64,000 nucleotides of DNA from Octopus sinensis (taxonomy: Eukaryota): contig NC_042999.1 in the NCBI RefSeq assembly GCF_006345805.1, positions 70,370,001-70,434,000 on the forward strand. The letters are read 5' to 3'. This document shows, piece by piece, positions 1-33,800 of this stretch. The translations under genes were made by a program, and so were the position numbers. The notes under the pieces were generated by a model. The model saw nothing but the letters and a program-made list of their open reading frames with translations, was not told the DNA's origin and did not search any database. Numbering within the stretch: position 1 is the stretch's first letter; each line of letters opens with the position of its first letter.

Positions 1-22
1 GACAATAAAATAGAAATGATAC

Positions 23-329
23 CGTGACCGACCAGGCTATCAGATGTTGCTACACATCGTTGGTCACAATGCACTTCGCATTGTTTTAGCCTTCAAATGA
101 TGCCACTCCGCTGGCTGAGCGAGCAGGCCAACCGAAGAAAGAGTGAGAGAAAGTTGTGGTGAAAGAGTACAGCAGGGATCGCCACCACCCCCTGCTGGAG
201 CCTTATGGAGCTGTTTTTTGTTTTTGTTTTTAGGTGTTTTCGCTCAAGAAACACTCACAACGCCTGGTCTGGGAATCAAAACCGCGATCCTACGACTGCA
301 AATCCGCTGCCCTAACCATTGGGCCTCCA
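23..329 (-). mobile_element. tRNA-derived SINE (same family as 37447-37740)
   Basis: Co-linear with the 37447-37740 copy; Pol III A/B-box head. Confidence 0.8.
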
Positions 330-774
330 TAAAATTCTAAATTTTTTTCTTTTTTGTGTGGCCGGTTACTGGTTCACAGTCTGGATTGGTTGGGATCCCC
401 TGGTGTAAAGCACAGAACTGTACAGTCCAATACGGATGGCATTTTTCAATTTTCATACTAAAAACTGTTATCCAGAACTGAAGTTTGCAAGTGTTTGATT
501 GTTCTGAATAGTATCAGTTACACGACCATGAAGGAAGATTTAGCATTATTCCCCATGTTGATAGACAAAGAAGTAACACAAGATTAGCTAGAACAATCAA
601 GTGCAAAAATAGGATGGTTGTGGTTACTTTGATTCCTACTAAGACAACATTACTTATCACAGAGGTTGCTTGGGACTCTCAGCTTTATTTGATTGCAAGA
701 CAATAATGTCTTTCAAGAATGCATCAAAATCTTGTTGTTTAGATCTACGATATATATATATATATATATATATC

Positions 775-1882
775 CTGATCCCTTATCTGTTGGTCAATGC
801 AGAAACTAGGGATAGATGGGTGGTTGGTGAGAGCTGTACAAGCCATGTACAGGAACACTGTCAGTAAGGTGAGGGTTGGCAACAAGTATAGCGAAGAATT
901 CCAGGTAGGGGACCGCCAAGGATCAGTCCTCAGCCCCCTCTTATTCATCATAGTCCTCCAGGCAATAAAAGAGGAATTCAAGACAAGATGTCCCTGGGAG
1001 CTCCTCTATGTTGATGATCTTGGTCTTACAGCTGAGTCACTATCAGAACTAGAAGTTTCAGGTGTGGAAGTAACGTCTAGAATCAAAGAACCTTAAAGTC
1101 AATCTAGCAAAAGCCAAAGTCTTAGTAAGTAGGAAGGTAGACAAATCCCTTCAGGTAGATGGCCCTGCTTGATCTGTAGAAAAGGTGTAGGTAGAAACTC
1201 CGTAAGATGCACTCAGTGTAAGCTATGGACACATAAGAGGTGCAGCAATATCAAAGGAAGGCTAACTAGGAAGATAGTATGTGTGCGAACAGTCATGCTA
1301 CACAGTAGTGAAACGTGCTGTGACTGCAGAGGATATGCGTAGGCTTGAAAGAAATGAAGCTAGTATGCTCCGCTGGATGTGTAATGTCACAGAGGCAATG
1401 ACAAGCCAAGTGAGATCATAGATATGGCCAATGCCAGTGTTATATAACCAGCCCATTTAAAAGTACCTTTCAATCAGGCAATATGCTTTGCTTGAGAAGG
1501 CCTGTTGAGCCAAGTGGTGGCTGATGCCAGTGCTGCTGACTGGCACCCATGCCGGTGGCACATAAGAAGCACCACTTGAGCATGTAAAAAGCACCATTTG
1601 AGTGTGGTCAATACCAGAGCCACCTGACTGATTCCCGTGCCATTGGCACATAAAAAGCACCATTCAATCATGATTGATGCCAATGCAGCCTGACTGGCCC
1701 TTGTGCCAGGGGCACGTAAAAAGCAAGCACCCACTACACTCTTGGAGTGGTTGGCATTAGGAAGGGCATCCAACTTTAGAAACCTTGCCAGATCAGATTG
1801 AACCCTAGTGCAGCTTCCTGGCTTGCCAGTCCTCAAACTGTCCAACCCATGCCAGCATGGAAAGTGGACATTAAACAATGAT
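775..1882 (+). mobile_element. RTE-clade LINE, 5'-truncated and decayed (RT fragment, Cys-rich finger, 3' UTR)
   Basis: QGSVLSPLLF...ELLYVDDL RT motifs; WPCLICRKGVGRNSVRCTQCKLWTHKRC; common 3' tail ending ggaaagtggacattaaacaatga. Confidence 0.85.
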
Positions 1883-2660
1883 AGATTTCCGAAAGTATTA
1901 TTCAAAACTAGCGCAATATACAGGCATGAGGACAAAGACAAAAAGAAAGATGCATATATAATATGATCTAAAGTGCACTTGTTGCAACCATGTCCCCACC
2001 CCAGTCTTTCTATATTTAGAACAACACTACACAATGTGTAGCTCCTTTTTAAGACAGCAGCTTCTTTTTTTATTACCTTGAACAACTGTATAGAGGAAGA
2101 TCTCTCTTAAGTTTGACAAGAAGAACTAAATTAACTGACCCCTATAGCAGTAATTCACAACCAGGGGACCACAAACCTCTGGGGATCCATAAAAGTAGTA
2201 CTCAGCATCCCTGAGTTAAAAGATCTGTTGAGTAGGTAGAACTTTCAAAAAGCATAGGGTTTGTGGGAAAATTTAAAACAAAATTTCTTTGATTGTGAAA
2301 AGATTGGGAACCTTTACCTTAAAAAAAAAGGGGGGGGGGGTGAATTGAGAGCACTTAATACTGTAACATAATGAATCTGATAATTTACTAGTTTTAGAAA
2401 CTCTCTAGCTTCCTTGATTAAAAAATATCAAGCTAGTTCAGTAGGTCAGTTGTGTAACAACTTTCAAATATTCATCTACCATAAGTTCCTGCTGAGCTTG
2501 ATATAAATATAGATAAGATCTTTAACATTGTAAATTGCACTTAACTACACTATAAAGTTAGTAGTGTAAATTAAGGTTTAAATTTTTTCATCACTTCAAA
2601 GAAACAGACAGTAACAAAGTGAACAGAAGGAAGATGATTGGGTGTGGAGGAGTTTTCAAT

Positions 2661-2668
2661 AAGGATAC
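2661..2668 (-). other. Minor-spliceosome (U12-type) 5' splice site GTATCCTT
   Basis: Matches the RTATCCTT consensus exactly at an in-phase exon end. Confidence 0.85.
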
Positions 2669-23442
<20,774 letters not shown>

Positions 23443-23481
23443 TGTTGCACACGTTTGGTTTTCAAATGGGTTCGACGCAAC

Positions 23482-23492
23482 TGCGCATGCGC
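23482..23492. promoter_or_regulatory. NRF1/EWG/P3A2-type palindromic site TGCGCATGCGC near the NCBP1 start
   Basis: Matches the YGCGCAYGCGCR core; 40 bp upstream of the ATG in CpG-rich DNA. Confidence 0.55.
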
Positions 23493-23919
23493 CAGCGAAC
23501 TCTCCGCATTTTCTGAAAACGAACGAAAGTATTTGATAGTTTGGTAGCAAATAATTGGAATTAGTTTCTCAATTTGCTTTACTAATTCTTTTCTCAAAAT
23601 TGTTTTCCTATTTTTTCCTAGTAGTGAAATCAGCTTTCTATTAATTGATGTGTTTGCAAGGTTATTTTTTTTTATAAGTTATGTGTGTGGTGGAGTCGGG
23701 GAGGGAACAATCTCCTTGGAGCCATACGTTTTCAAAACACCCTTGAAACTCCCGCAAAAATTCAAAGCAATACGACAAATTGGAGGCGCTAAAGCAAACA
23801 ATCTACAATAGCCGACTGAAGTGTGATGGCGCTACGTTCACATATTTTTATTTACAACCAATGAATTAGTCAATATCGACAAGACAGTTATAGATTTCTT
23901 GTGGAGAACAATACAACAT

Positions 23920-24085
23920 AGGCACAAGCGTGGCTGTGTGATAAGAACCACATGATTCCGGGTTCAGTCCCATTGCGTGGCCCCTTGGGCAAGTGTCTTC
24001 TTTTATAGCCTCGGGCCAACCGAAGCCTTGTGAGTGGGTTTGGTAAACGGAAACAGAAAGAAACCCGCTGTATATATATATATAC
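23920..24085 (+). mobile_element. tRNA-derived SINE head (other copies ~53920 +, ~20090-20230 -)
   Basis: GTGGCTGTGTG...CCGGGTTCAGTCCC...TTGGGCAAGTGTCTTC...(TA)n. Confidence 0.7.
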
Positions 24086-24176
24086 ATAAAAACACTTTCT
24101 TGAAATGTATCCGATACTTCCGGTACATATACCGAAGTTACGCCAATATTTTAAATACTTAGGAACTCTATGGGTC

Positions 24177-24480
24177 TTAACCCAGCTCTGCTAGCAGATT
24201 ATCATCAGTATCTGTCACAGAGGTTAAGAACTTATCCAGAGTTACTTGACATTTACGGTGCACCATCTCTTTATACAGTTCAGTGTAAGAACTGAGCTGA
24301 ATATTAATTCCTCTTGTAATTTTTATATTGCATTTACTATTGGAATCGTTATCAATGAAAACTTGTAGACCTTTCTCTATACATGTCAAATATTTTGACA
24401 TATACTTTACAGTCAATTGATATGGTGCAGATTCTATATCCCCTTCTTGCCCTGCAGCTTGGTCTTGTTGAATATCATCA
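24177..24480 (-). mobile_element. Tigger/pogo-like transposase C-terminal relic
   Basis: IEKGLQVFIDNDSN...RGINIQLSSYTELYKE...QVTLDKFL resembles the Tigger C-terminus. Confidence 0.55.
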
Positions 24481-24712
24481 ATACCTTGTTAGTCAAACTT
24501 ACCCAAGCAACTGAACCACATCGTCTATTTTTCAAACCCTATATCATTTATCAGGGTTACAATATCTTGTTCAACTTGATTTAAGCTCTTTTAGAGGTGG
24601 TAAGCCTACAAAAGCACGAAAGCCATCTGGCCATGTTTTGCCAAATAGCATTCATAGCTGAGAACTTCGTTTCATCACATGATTCCCTACATACATAATG
24701 TCGAACTTTGAC

Positions 24713-25209
24713 AAGACTTCTGCCCCCACCCCACACCCTTGAATATTTTTTTTTCCGACACAAACCCCTATTTTCGGCTACGGGGAATACGAATCTGGAA
24801 AAAAATTGGCAAAAATCGACATTTCTAAATTCCCACCCCCACCCCCATTTCCTTCATTTTAAACTTTTTTTTCACAATTTTTTTTTCAAAATATGAGGAA
24901 AAATACGGAGATTATTATTCTGAAAAAAATTTCCAAAAATCTTTGTAAAATTTTTTTTTTTTAAATATGCGGGAAAATACGGACATCATGATTCGGACAA
25001 AAATTTCAAAACATTTCTGTACTTACAGTTACGGTTCTAGGGTTGAGGTTAGTGTTGGGGGAAAAAAGTCAAAATTGAAGTTGGGGGTGGGGGAAATTTC
25101 ACAATGCCGACTTTTGGCAATTTTCCGGAACCTCCGTATCCGAAAACGGGGAGTTTTTGGAAAAAAAAAAAAATTGGGAGAAAATGGGGGTGGCAGTGGC
25201 GGAAGTCTT
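24713..25209. mobile_element. Foldback/MITE with long imperfect TIRs
   Basis: AAGACTTCTGCCCCCACCCC...GGGGGTGGCAGTGGCGGAAGTCTT; arms complementary for >100 bp. Confidence 0.65.
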
Positions 25210-26722
25210 TCCCAGACTTTTTCCAGAAGCCTCAAACAATTGGTTTATCCCTTCCATCAAGTTATTTTATGATGTGACAGAAATAGTGAGTAAATCTTCT
25301 GAAATCAAACTCTATCGTGTCAAAAAATTAATAACATTAATTAATGTTATCCTAGACAAAATAATGTCTGGAACAATACGTGATAGTCACGAGTGGAGCG
25401 CCTTTGATCGTTGATCTATTGGGTAATGGTTAATCTGAAGATAAACAACAGAAAATGAACAATACCAGAATCAGTTCGAATCATAGTGGTAGCGATTTTG
25501 CCTTTCATCTTCTCTGCCTAAAAACTTTAGAATTCTCTTCTCCTCATGACAAATCTGTTCTATTTCTTGAACTTTGCTTTTTACTTTCTTCTTAGTCGAA
25601 TAAAATAAGTTCCATACCTAACTGAGTTCAATACTACCGTCCACAGCCCACCAATACCAGATTGTCGGAATTTACCGATCGTTACCGGATAATGTCGGAA
25701 TACTCGTACACGAACATACGACAATATTTGCAGGCACCCACGTCTTCCAATTTCATTTTCCTTATTCATGTTGGCATTGTCTTCCGAGCAGTTTTATGGA
25801 TAAACAACCTACTTGATTGACAAAAGCAATGATATACACTCTGTGATTTCGAGGTGAACTTTATTCATATTCATTATTATTATTGAAATGTTAGCCATTC
25901 ACAAAAGTCATCAAAATGTAAGTTTTGCGATATTTGAAGACAATTTTGTAAAAAAATCTTATTCGTAAATGAGGAAATTAATTGTAAATCATAAACCTTC
26001 CCTAGTTTTAGTCAATTTTCATCCTTGATCTTTTCCCTTCATTTATTTAAAGACCAACGAGACACGTTATTTTATCCTTTGCAACAGACCAATTTGTCTT
26101 GAAATGGAGTCCCACTTGATTGTTCCTTATAGGTCATCTCTGCAAAAGAATTCAATGAACAGACAAAGACTTTGACATTTTGTGAAAGCCATCTACTTAT
26201 TCTATTCTTGCAGGTTGTATTTTTCGCAGCCTTCATGTTTGATATTCCACTTTAACCACGATCAAACATAGTGTGTATAAGATTGTGTGTTAATACGTCC
26301 TGCTTTCACAAATACCGTAATATATATTTGATCAGTCAGTTTACCATCCTTCCCTCCTACTCTATTTACCTAATGTGATTGTTCAATCTGCTTAAAATAG
26401 AAACCAGATCTTTCTCAAATCACCCTACTGCCTTAGGAAAGGAAGCAATATTGGATAATGTAGTGCTAAATACACTGAGCTACAAAAAGACTGGTTGTGG
26501 CTTGAATGTGTTTTATTAGAGCTGATCTGGAGTTGACCAGCTTCAAAAAGAAATGCCTAAACCGTGGTAACAAACTAAAATGCAAATTGACTAAACAATA
26601 TGAATTTCAGAGAACAGTTTTCTCTTTAGAATTGTGACTATTAATGTATGTCCTTTATGAATACCACAGCTTTGTTTTCATGCCAATAAAAAAAAAAGCT
26701 TAATTCATGCCTATATGTTGCT

Positions 26723-27132
26723 GGATCTTTTCGGTTTGAACGGCAGTTTTTAAAAATAATTTCCACGTAACTAAACACTTTTAAACTTCGTATACTGGTA
26801 GAAAGTGTTTATAAAACATCTTTTTTTCTTGGCTTTATTGAGAAAATTCTATAGTTTGTAAGATAATTGTTGTTTTTTTTCTTCAATTTCTGCAATTTCA
26901 ACCAATCAATGACGTCTATTGAAGTGAAAATATTCTGTGCCGTATGAATATGCCCCTCGTTTAAGAAACAGATTGGGTTTATTTACATTTGTGAAGAAAA
27001 AAAGATACCCTTCCCCCCACCTCTAACCCTAAAACAGATTGAAATGCAATAGATCGATACTAGGGTCATAATTATGGGTGACAATTTCATATGACACCGC
27101 TAGAAAAACTGCTGTTCAAACCGAAAAGATCC
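26723..27132. mobile_element. MITE with 28-bp TIR, possibly Merlin-like
   Basis: GGATCTTTTCGGTTTGAACGGCAGTTTT / AAAACTGCTGTTCAAACCGAAAAGATCC; imperfect 8-bp flank atgttgct/ctgttgcc. Confidence 0.8.
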
Positions 27133-28692
27133 CTGTTGCCTTTGTCAGTCTTTTTGAGAAACATTACAACAGACCTACTATATAGGTTTGAATTGTTACC
27201 ATTCCCAATATCTCATCTTGTTCTTGATGTTAATATTAACTGCTGTTCCGCCGAGATCGACTTGCCTCTCATCCTTTTGAGGTTGATGAAATAAGTACCA
27301 GTCGAGTTCTGGGGTCGACGTAATCGACCATCCCTTCCCTCAAAATTCCAGGGCTTATGCCTATTGCAGAAAGGACTATTGGTTTCAAATTTTGGCACAA
27401 GGCCAGCAATTTAGGAGGGTGGGGCTAAGTCGATAAAGTCTGGAATATTAATTGTTGTTGTATGGCAACGAACTGGCAGAATTGTTTGTCTTCACATTCT
27501 GATTTCAAATTACGACGAGATCAACTTTGCCTTTCATTTTTCGGAGTCAATAAAATAAATACCAGTTGAGCACTGGGGTCATTGCTGGTCTTGTGCCAAA
27601 AATTTTGAAACCATTATTAATTACTGTTGTGAAAAAAATCACTCACTTGGTTTACTAAATATGCTACATCTTCATCTTTTATACTAAATACCGATGCCAT
27701 GTCAACATCAAAGTGCATTTGGTATTTGATGTCTTTTGCATTCATTACTTCGTTCTATCATAACAGCTAAATGTAAAACAATAATATATGTACTGATGGG
27801 GAAGCTTCTATATACGTAGTCTTCTTCCATTGTAATTCCATTAACGTCTTGGATACATTATAATAGTATTAACCGACTGGTATTTTATATCAAACCCCCA
27901 AAAGGTTGTATTCAAAGTTGATCTTCAAGGATTACAATGTGAACATCAAGGGCCATAGCTAAATGTTACAAGGCATTAAGTCCAACGTGATAATTACTGC
28001 CAAGATTTGTTCAGAAATAGCAGACAGCTTTTCAGATTATACCTTACCGCCATTAGAAAAGGAAGGATACATTTGATAATATAGTCCAAGATACAATAAA
28101 TAGATTAAAAAAAAAAAGACGGATTATTAGGGGCTTGAGTGTCTCCTTCAGTCACAGGATTGTTTGATCAGAGCTGTACTTCGATAACTTCAGGACAATC
28201 ATTTAAGATTATTGTCCAGCACTTACCCCACTAAATTTCCCATTTTCTACCTTAAAACTTATTTTGATCAAACCATATAGAATGAAATGTTTCATATGTG
28301 AATTCCTTTTTTAAAAAAATAAATAAATACATTATCACAAACTCTTATGGATTCAATGTCGACTAAAGTTTATTTTATACAATAGAATGTGCTGCCTTCA
28401 TATTCTAGTATTAAAATAAACGTTTTTCCTTACCCTAGAAGGTCCTAACTTCAATCCAAGAAAATCCTAGAGAATATTTAACAGATATGATTGCCAGAAA
28501 TGCACTGCTAAATCCAGTATTTAGTGATGCAATAGTGTTAATAATAATTGATTGATAGATACATTTGCATACATTAGTTGTCTGCATATAAGTCATTTAG
28601 ATTGAGCTCCTTTAAGTGTTTGCATAAAAACCCTAATAGCTAAAGCTTAATTTCTGTGTTAATGGAACCAAAAACACACACATATACATATA

Positions 28693-29871
28693 CAGGACGC
28701 ATAAGTTATCTGAGGACAGATTTATGTTTATTAAAAACAGATATATAATAACTGATAATAAATTTATTATAAAAAAAATGCTAAGAGGATAAAAATAAAC
28801 CTCCATTTCTTCAACTTCAATAACTGCTTCTATATGATATCTAAATCATCTACATGCTCAGATCAAGTGGTCCTGGTTCATTTTGGATATGACTCTGACT
28901 ATGGTGGCTTTCAAAGAATCTTTGGTGTTATGGGTGTGTTCATTGACACTCCACACATAATAGTCCAGTGGATTGAGATCTGGTAAATTAGGAGTCCAAA
29001 TTTTAGGGATTATATGTGATCATGAAAATTTTCAATCATCTATTTCTGTGTTACTTGAGCCATGCAAGATAGTGCAGTCTTGCTGAAATACATATGATCT
29101 TCCATTGCATATACTGTCTATTCAGGGTTTGATAACTGTTTCCAGGACCTCAATCTAGGTGGCCTTGTGGAAAGAAATAAAGAGGCATCACATGTCTTTC
29201 ATTGCTGACAACCCCTAAACCATGACAGTTTCAGGAAATTTTGTATGCATAACTCTTGTAACTTTAGAAGAATCTGCATATAACCATTTTCTGTTAACTT
29301 TTTGATCTTGGTTGAAGTTTTTCTCATCTGAGAAAAACCAAATCAAATCTTCTACTGGATTTTTCAGTTTGCTTAAAAGCCTTTTAGATCTGATATAGCA
29401 ATTTTCTGTAGCTTTTTCTGATATAAATTGACTTTTCTTCATCATATAAGACTTATGTCTGATGTTTTCATGGACAACATTTCTGATTGTTCCTTCTGAC
29501 ACATGGAGATCTTTTGCAATTGACCTCATGGATTTTCTGGGATTGTAATCAATGGTCTGTTGAATTTGCTGGATACATTCATGTGTTCTGATGATTTTGG
29601 AGCATTTAGAATGCTTTTTACACTTTTACATCTTCAGTTTCTTACTCATTAAAAACTTTGTAGACAAAAGATTTAGAAACTTTTAAAAATCAAGATATTT
29701 CCAAGTCACTATGACCAGCATTAACAGCCATGATAACAGCATGCCTCTTCATTTCTTGAGTAAGCTGAGAGTCTGCCATTATTATTTTGTGAAACAAAGA
29801 TTATATAGAGTTAGCAAAAACTGCAGCAATGACCCCAAAAAGGTATGTCCTCAAATACCTTATGCACCCTG
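28693..29871 (-). mobile_element. Decayed full-length Tc1/mariner-superfamily element, probably DD37D (maT)
   Basis: TIR CAGGACGCATAAGTTATCTGAGGACA / TGTCCTCAAATACCTTATGCACCCTG; FFSDEKNF and WTPNLPDLNPLDYYVW motifs. Confidence 0.8.
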
Positions 29872-30013
29872 CATATTCATTTCTACTTTGTATATTTTTC
29901 TGGCTAATTCAATATATGAATTCATATTGTGTCCTACTGACATTTCGAATATTTTATTTTTTCTGATATATTTTTCAGTTATAAGTTTTCTAATTCTGAG
30001 TAAGTGACATAGA

Positions 30014-30122
30014 ATGGTAGACTGGCTTCACTGCAACCTATGTTTCAACCAGCCTGGCAATGGAATTAAATTTTCTCTCACCAACTGTGGGCATGTTTAC
30101 TGTGAGAAGTGTTTAAATGAAG
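30014..30122 (+). CDS. RNF212: RNF212-like coding exon 1 (109 nt)
   Basis: ATG preceded by catag/a; RING N-half; G/GTAAGC donor. Confidence 0.93.
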
Positions 30123-30764
30123 GTAAGCAGCTTTGTGGTTTTTGTACAAGAACCATCATTCATTTAGATTTTTTTTTTATTTAAATGTAATTTTAAAATA
30201 ACAACGGCTATTGGAACAAACATACAGATAAAAACTTTGGAAATGATTTGGTTACAGGTTCACAGCTCACATATCTGTGATTCAGATATGCAGACTTCAT
30301 TTCTTAATAAAATAATTTGGAAATATGTGTAGCTAGACTGTTATCAAATTTATTGAATTTTTATTAACTCTAATTTTCTCAAATTATCTCATTGAAATAA
30401 ACCTGCAATATACTATTCTCATCTATTCAAGGGAACTGCTTCTCATTGAATTAATACCATGTAATTGGGATAAACCCTTAATCAACAAGCCACTGTGGCT
30501 CTCAAAAATTGATATTTTGTTTCTCTGTAGCTCAACATCTTGATCCTATATGTATGTGCTTATTGTATTTTTATCACCAAAACATGAAGGAACCCAGTCT
30601 ACACTTCAAGTATACTGATCTAAAAATAGCTTATAAGTTTGTTTATATTAAATATTACTTTTCTAACTTAAAAAAGTAACTCTGAGATTTGAATTATTTG
30701 TCATATTAAAATGATAAATATATTTCTTTAAATAAGCGTGCATGCACACACACACACACATGTA

Positions 30765-30800
<36 letters not shown>

Positions 30801-33800
30801 CTGTAACTTAGGAGTTTTGCACATTCTTTTTTATTCTTTACAGGGACAAGAGAAAACTGCAAAATGTGCAAAGCAGTGTGCAACAGTATTCTATTGACAG
30901 GAAAGGTTTGAATGAAATTACAATATTCAGCACTGTTTTCCTTCTTAGTTATATATGTTTTTATTTATGTATATAATTTAAAATGAATTATGCAATTGTT
31001 TTAAGAAAGAGAGAGACAGAGACAGAGAGAGTAAATTCCCAGTAAACCAAGCCCACAAAACAGTTTTCGTTTTTAACTGAAGTCATTTCATTTCATTTGT
31101 GCTACTAATATTTCTGCCAAAGGTATAAATATTAACAATATGTTACAACCCACCTCTTTTCAAGGTTTCATGTATTGGGTTGGCAACTAAGTTCTCGCCG
31201 TTTTTAAAAATTTAAATTTCTTTATAAAAAGTAACAATTAATCAATCAATAATGTATTCACCCTTTTTGTTTACAACTTCTTCCCAATGTTCGACAAGGT
31301 TTTCAATACCTCATTGGTAGAAATCACCCGATTCCGACTCGAAAAATTGACCCAACCAAGCTCTCAATTCTGCATCAGTATTGATGAAACTCTGCACTAG
31401 GCATTTGAAAGAGGTGGAAATCTGTTGGTGACAAATCAGGAGAGTACGGCGGGTGTGGCAGCACTTCCCAGCCATGTATTTGAATGATTTCCATAGTCAT
31501 ATTAGCGATATGAAGGTGGGTGTTGTCATGCAGCAGAAGAACTCCATGCTGTCGATTAGGTCTTTTCTCTTGAATAGCCGTGTTGAGTCATTCCATCTGT
31601 TGAACATAGAGTTCCGCTTTGACCGTTTGGTTCTGTTCAAGCAATTCGTAATGGATAATCCCTTCTCAGTTCCACCATACACACAACATTGTTTTATGTG
31701 GATGAAGATCTTGTTTCACGTGCGGTGTCACTTGTTTGCTGGGGCTAAGCCATTCCTTACACAGCTTCATATTGATGTACAGACACCATTTTTCTTCGCC
31801 ATTAACAATTTGGTAAAGAAATCATTGCTTGTGTCCATGAGTTGTGCGGTGACGAGCAAGCAAACCAGCGGAGATTGTGGCTCATTGATTTTTGTTGTTG
31901 TCACTTAAAGCATGTGGAACCTATGCTCCATACTTCTGAACCTTTCCCATTGAGTGAAGATACTTCTCTATAGCAGTGTGAGAGCATTCCATTTTCTCTG
32001 CTAGTTCCCTTGTCATTTAACGAGAATTTTCATGCAAAATTTGGTTTAATCACTCTTCATCGAACTAGGATGGCCAGAACAAGGTATGTCTTTGAGGTCA
32101 AAATTTCCATTTTTTAACTTGGCATACCAATCACAAGCGGTTTTCTCAGCTATGGCACCCTCTCCATACACAGCACAAATGTCGCGAGCAACTTTTGCGG
32201 CCTTAGAACCTTGATTAAAAGCAAAAAGAAGCAGGTGTCGAAAATGCTCATTTTCCTTAACTTGACATTCCATTTTAATGATCTGAAAATAAACTAAAAT
32301 TAACTAGAAAAACACAAAATAGATTCCAAAATGATTCAAAAATAGAATTCTCGAAAAAAAATAGATTCCAAAATTTAAAAACGCAATAAATTCCAAAATT
32401 AAAAAAAACGGCGGGAACTTAGTTGCCAATAATTAAGTTTGGCTGTAGTCATTACTTTGAAGATGCCCTATATGGAGATATTATGATATCCTATAAAAAG
32501 ACAAAGTTTTCAAAGCTGCCCCAATATTTAGTGCTTCATAAGGTAGATGCTTGTTTATATATAATCTTTAGTAGAATTTGTCAAGGAGTTAAAACAAATG
32601 TTTGAAACGTAGAAACATGAACTGAAATATCTAATGGTTATCATGACAAGGACTAAAGTGCTCCTTAGTAAGAGAATGCACAAATTCCTCTTCCCTCTAA
32701 AAAGTGGCTTTGCTTTGTATGAAGGAAAGGAGAATGTTGGAACTCAGTAATGTGTACTCAGTGCAAGCAAGGTTTATACACAAGGCACAATGGGCTCTAT
32801 GGCAGGCTGACAGAACTTCAGATGTACAAGAACAGTTATCAATAGGGCCTCTCATGGAATGACATTATTAAGGAGCTGCTTTAATAATTCAAGAGATGTA
32901 GTTGAATGTTTCTGCTATCTAGGTGATCTAATTAATGTTGGAAGTGACTGCGGGAAAACATTATTGTCAGAGAAAAAGGAGAGATGAAAGAAGTTCAGAG
33001 AGTTGTTATCTAGATGGTAACAAAAGTTTCTCCTGTCATTCTAAAAGCAAACTAAGAAATATACATAAGAAATGTGATGCTGCTTGGAAGTGACACATAT
33101 GCACTACATGTAGAAAATCTGAGGAGGTTGAGGAGAAATGAGGCAAACACTATTCTTTGTATAAATATTAATCTGTATAAAGGTGGTGAGCTTGTAAAAT
33201 CATTAGCATGCTGGACAAAATGCTTAGTGGTATTTCATCTATCTTTATTTTTTGAGTTCAAATTCTGCTAAGATCAACTTTTCCTTTCATCCTTTCAGGG
33301 TCAATAAAATAAATACTACTTGAACATTGAAGTTGATCTGAAATAGATGGCCTTGTACCAAAATTTGAAACCAATATTAATCTGATTTAAGTACAATTAA
33401 TTTAAGGGTGGTTAAAGCCATTAAATTAATAGATGCTGCAGATCTTGCAACACCCGCTCCCATTAGTGTAGGGGCCTGGTTGTTCTAAGATCTTCCGCTT
33501 GATATCATATGGGGTCCCTTGATCTTTGAGGTGGACATGATGTAAATAAAAAATAAGTGTGGGCTAAAAGCAGTTGGGGATTTTTATAAAAAGTTTTATC
33601 TTGTTATTTCTGATGTTTATTCACACTGATGTAATTAGTATATTCTTCAGTAATCTTCAGCTGTCATATTTTTACACATCTACATTACATTAATCTGGGA
33701 TTGAATACTGTGAAGGTGCATAACCTCATGGTTAAAGTTTTGGACTCATGATCTTAATTATGGTTTCACTTCCTAAACCAGGTAATACATTGTGTTCTTG

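Noticed and set aside
1520-1730. Repeat-spacer-like array suggestive of CRISPR
   Set aside because: Eukaryotic context, degenerate tandem units, no cas genes; part of an RTE 3' UTR
23443-23550. In-frame upstream extension of NCBP1 in the ORF track
   Set aside because: The extension has no ATG, and homology starts at MSRRR (23442)
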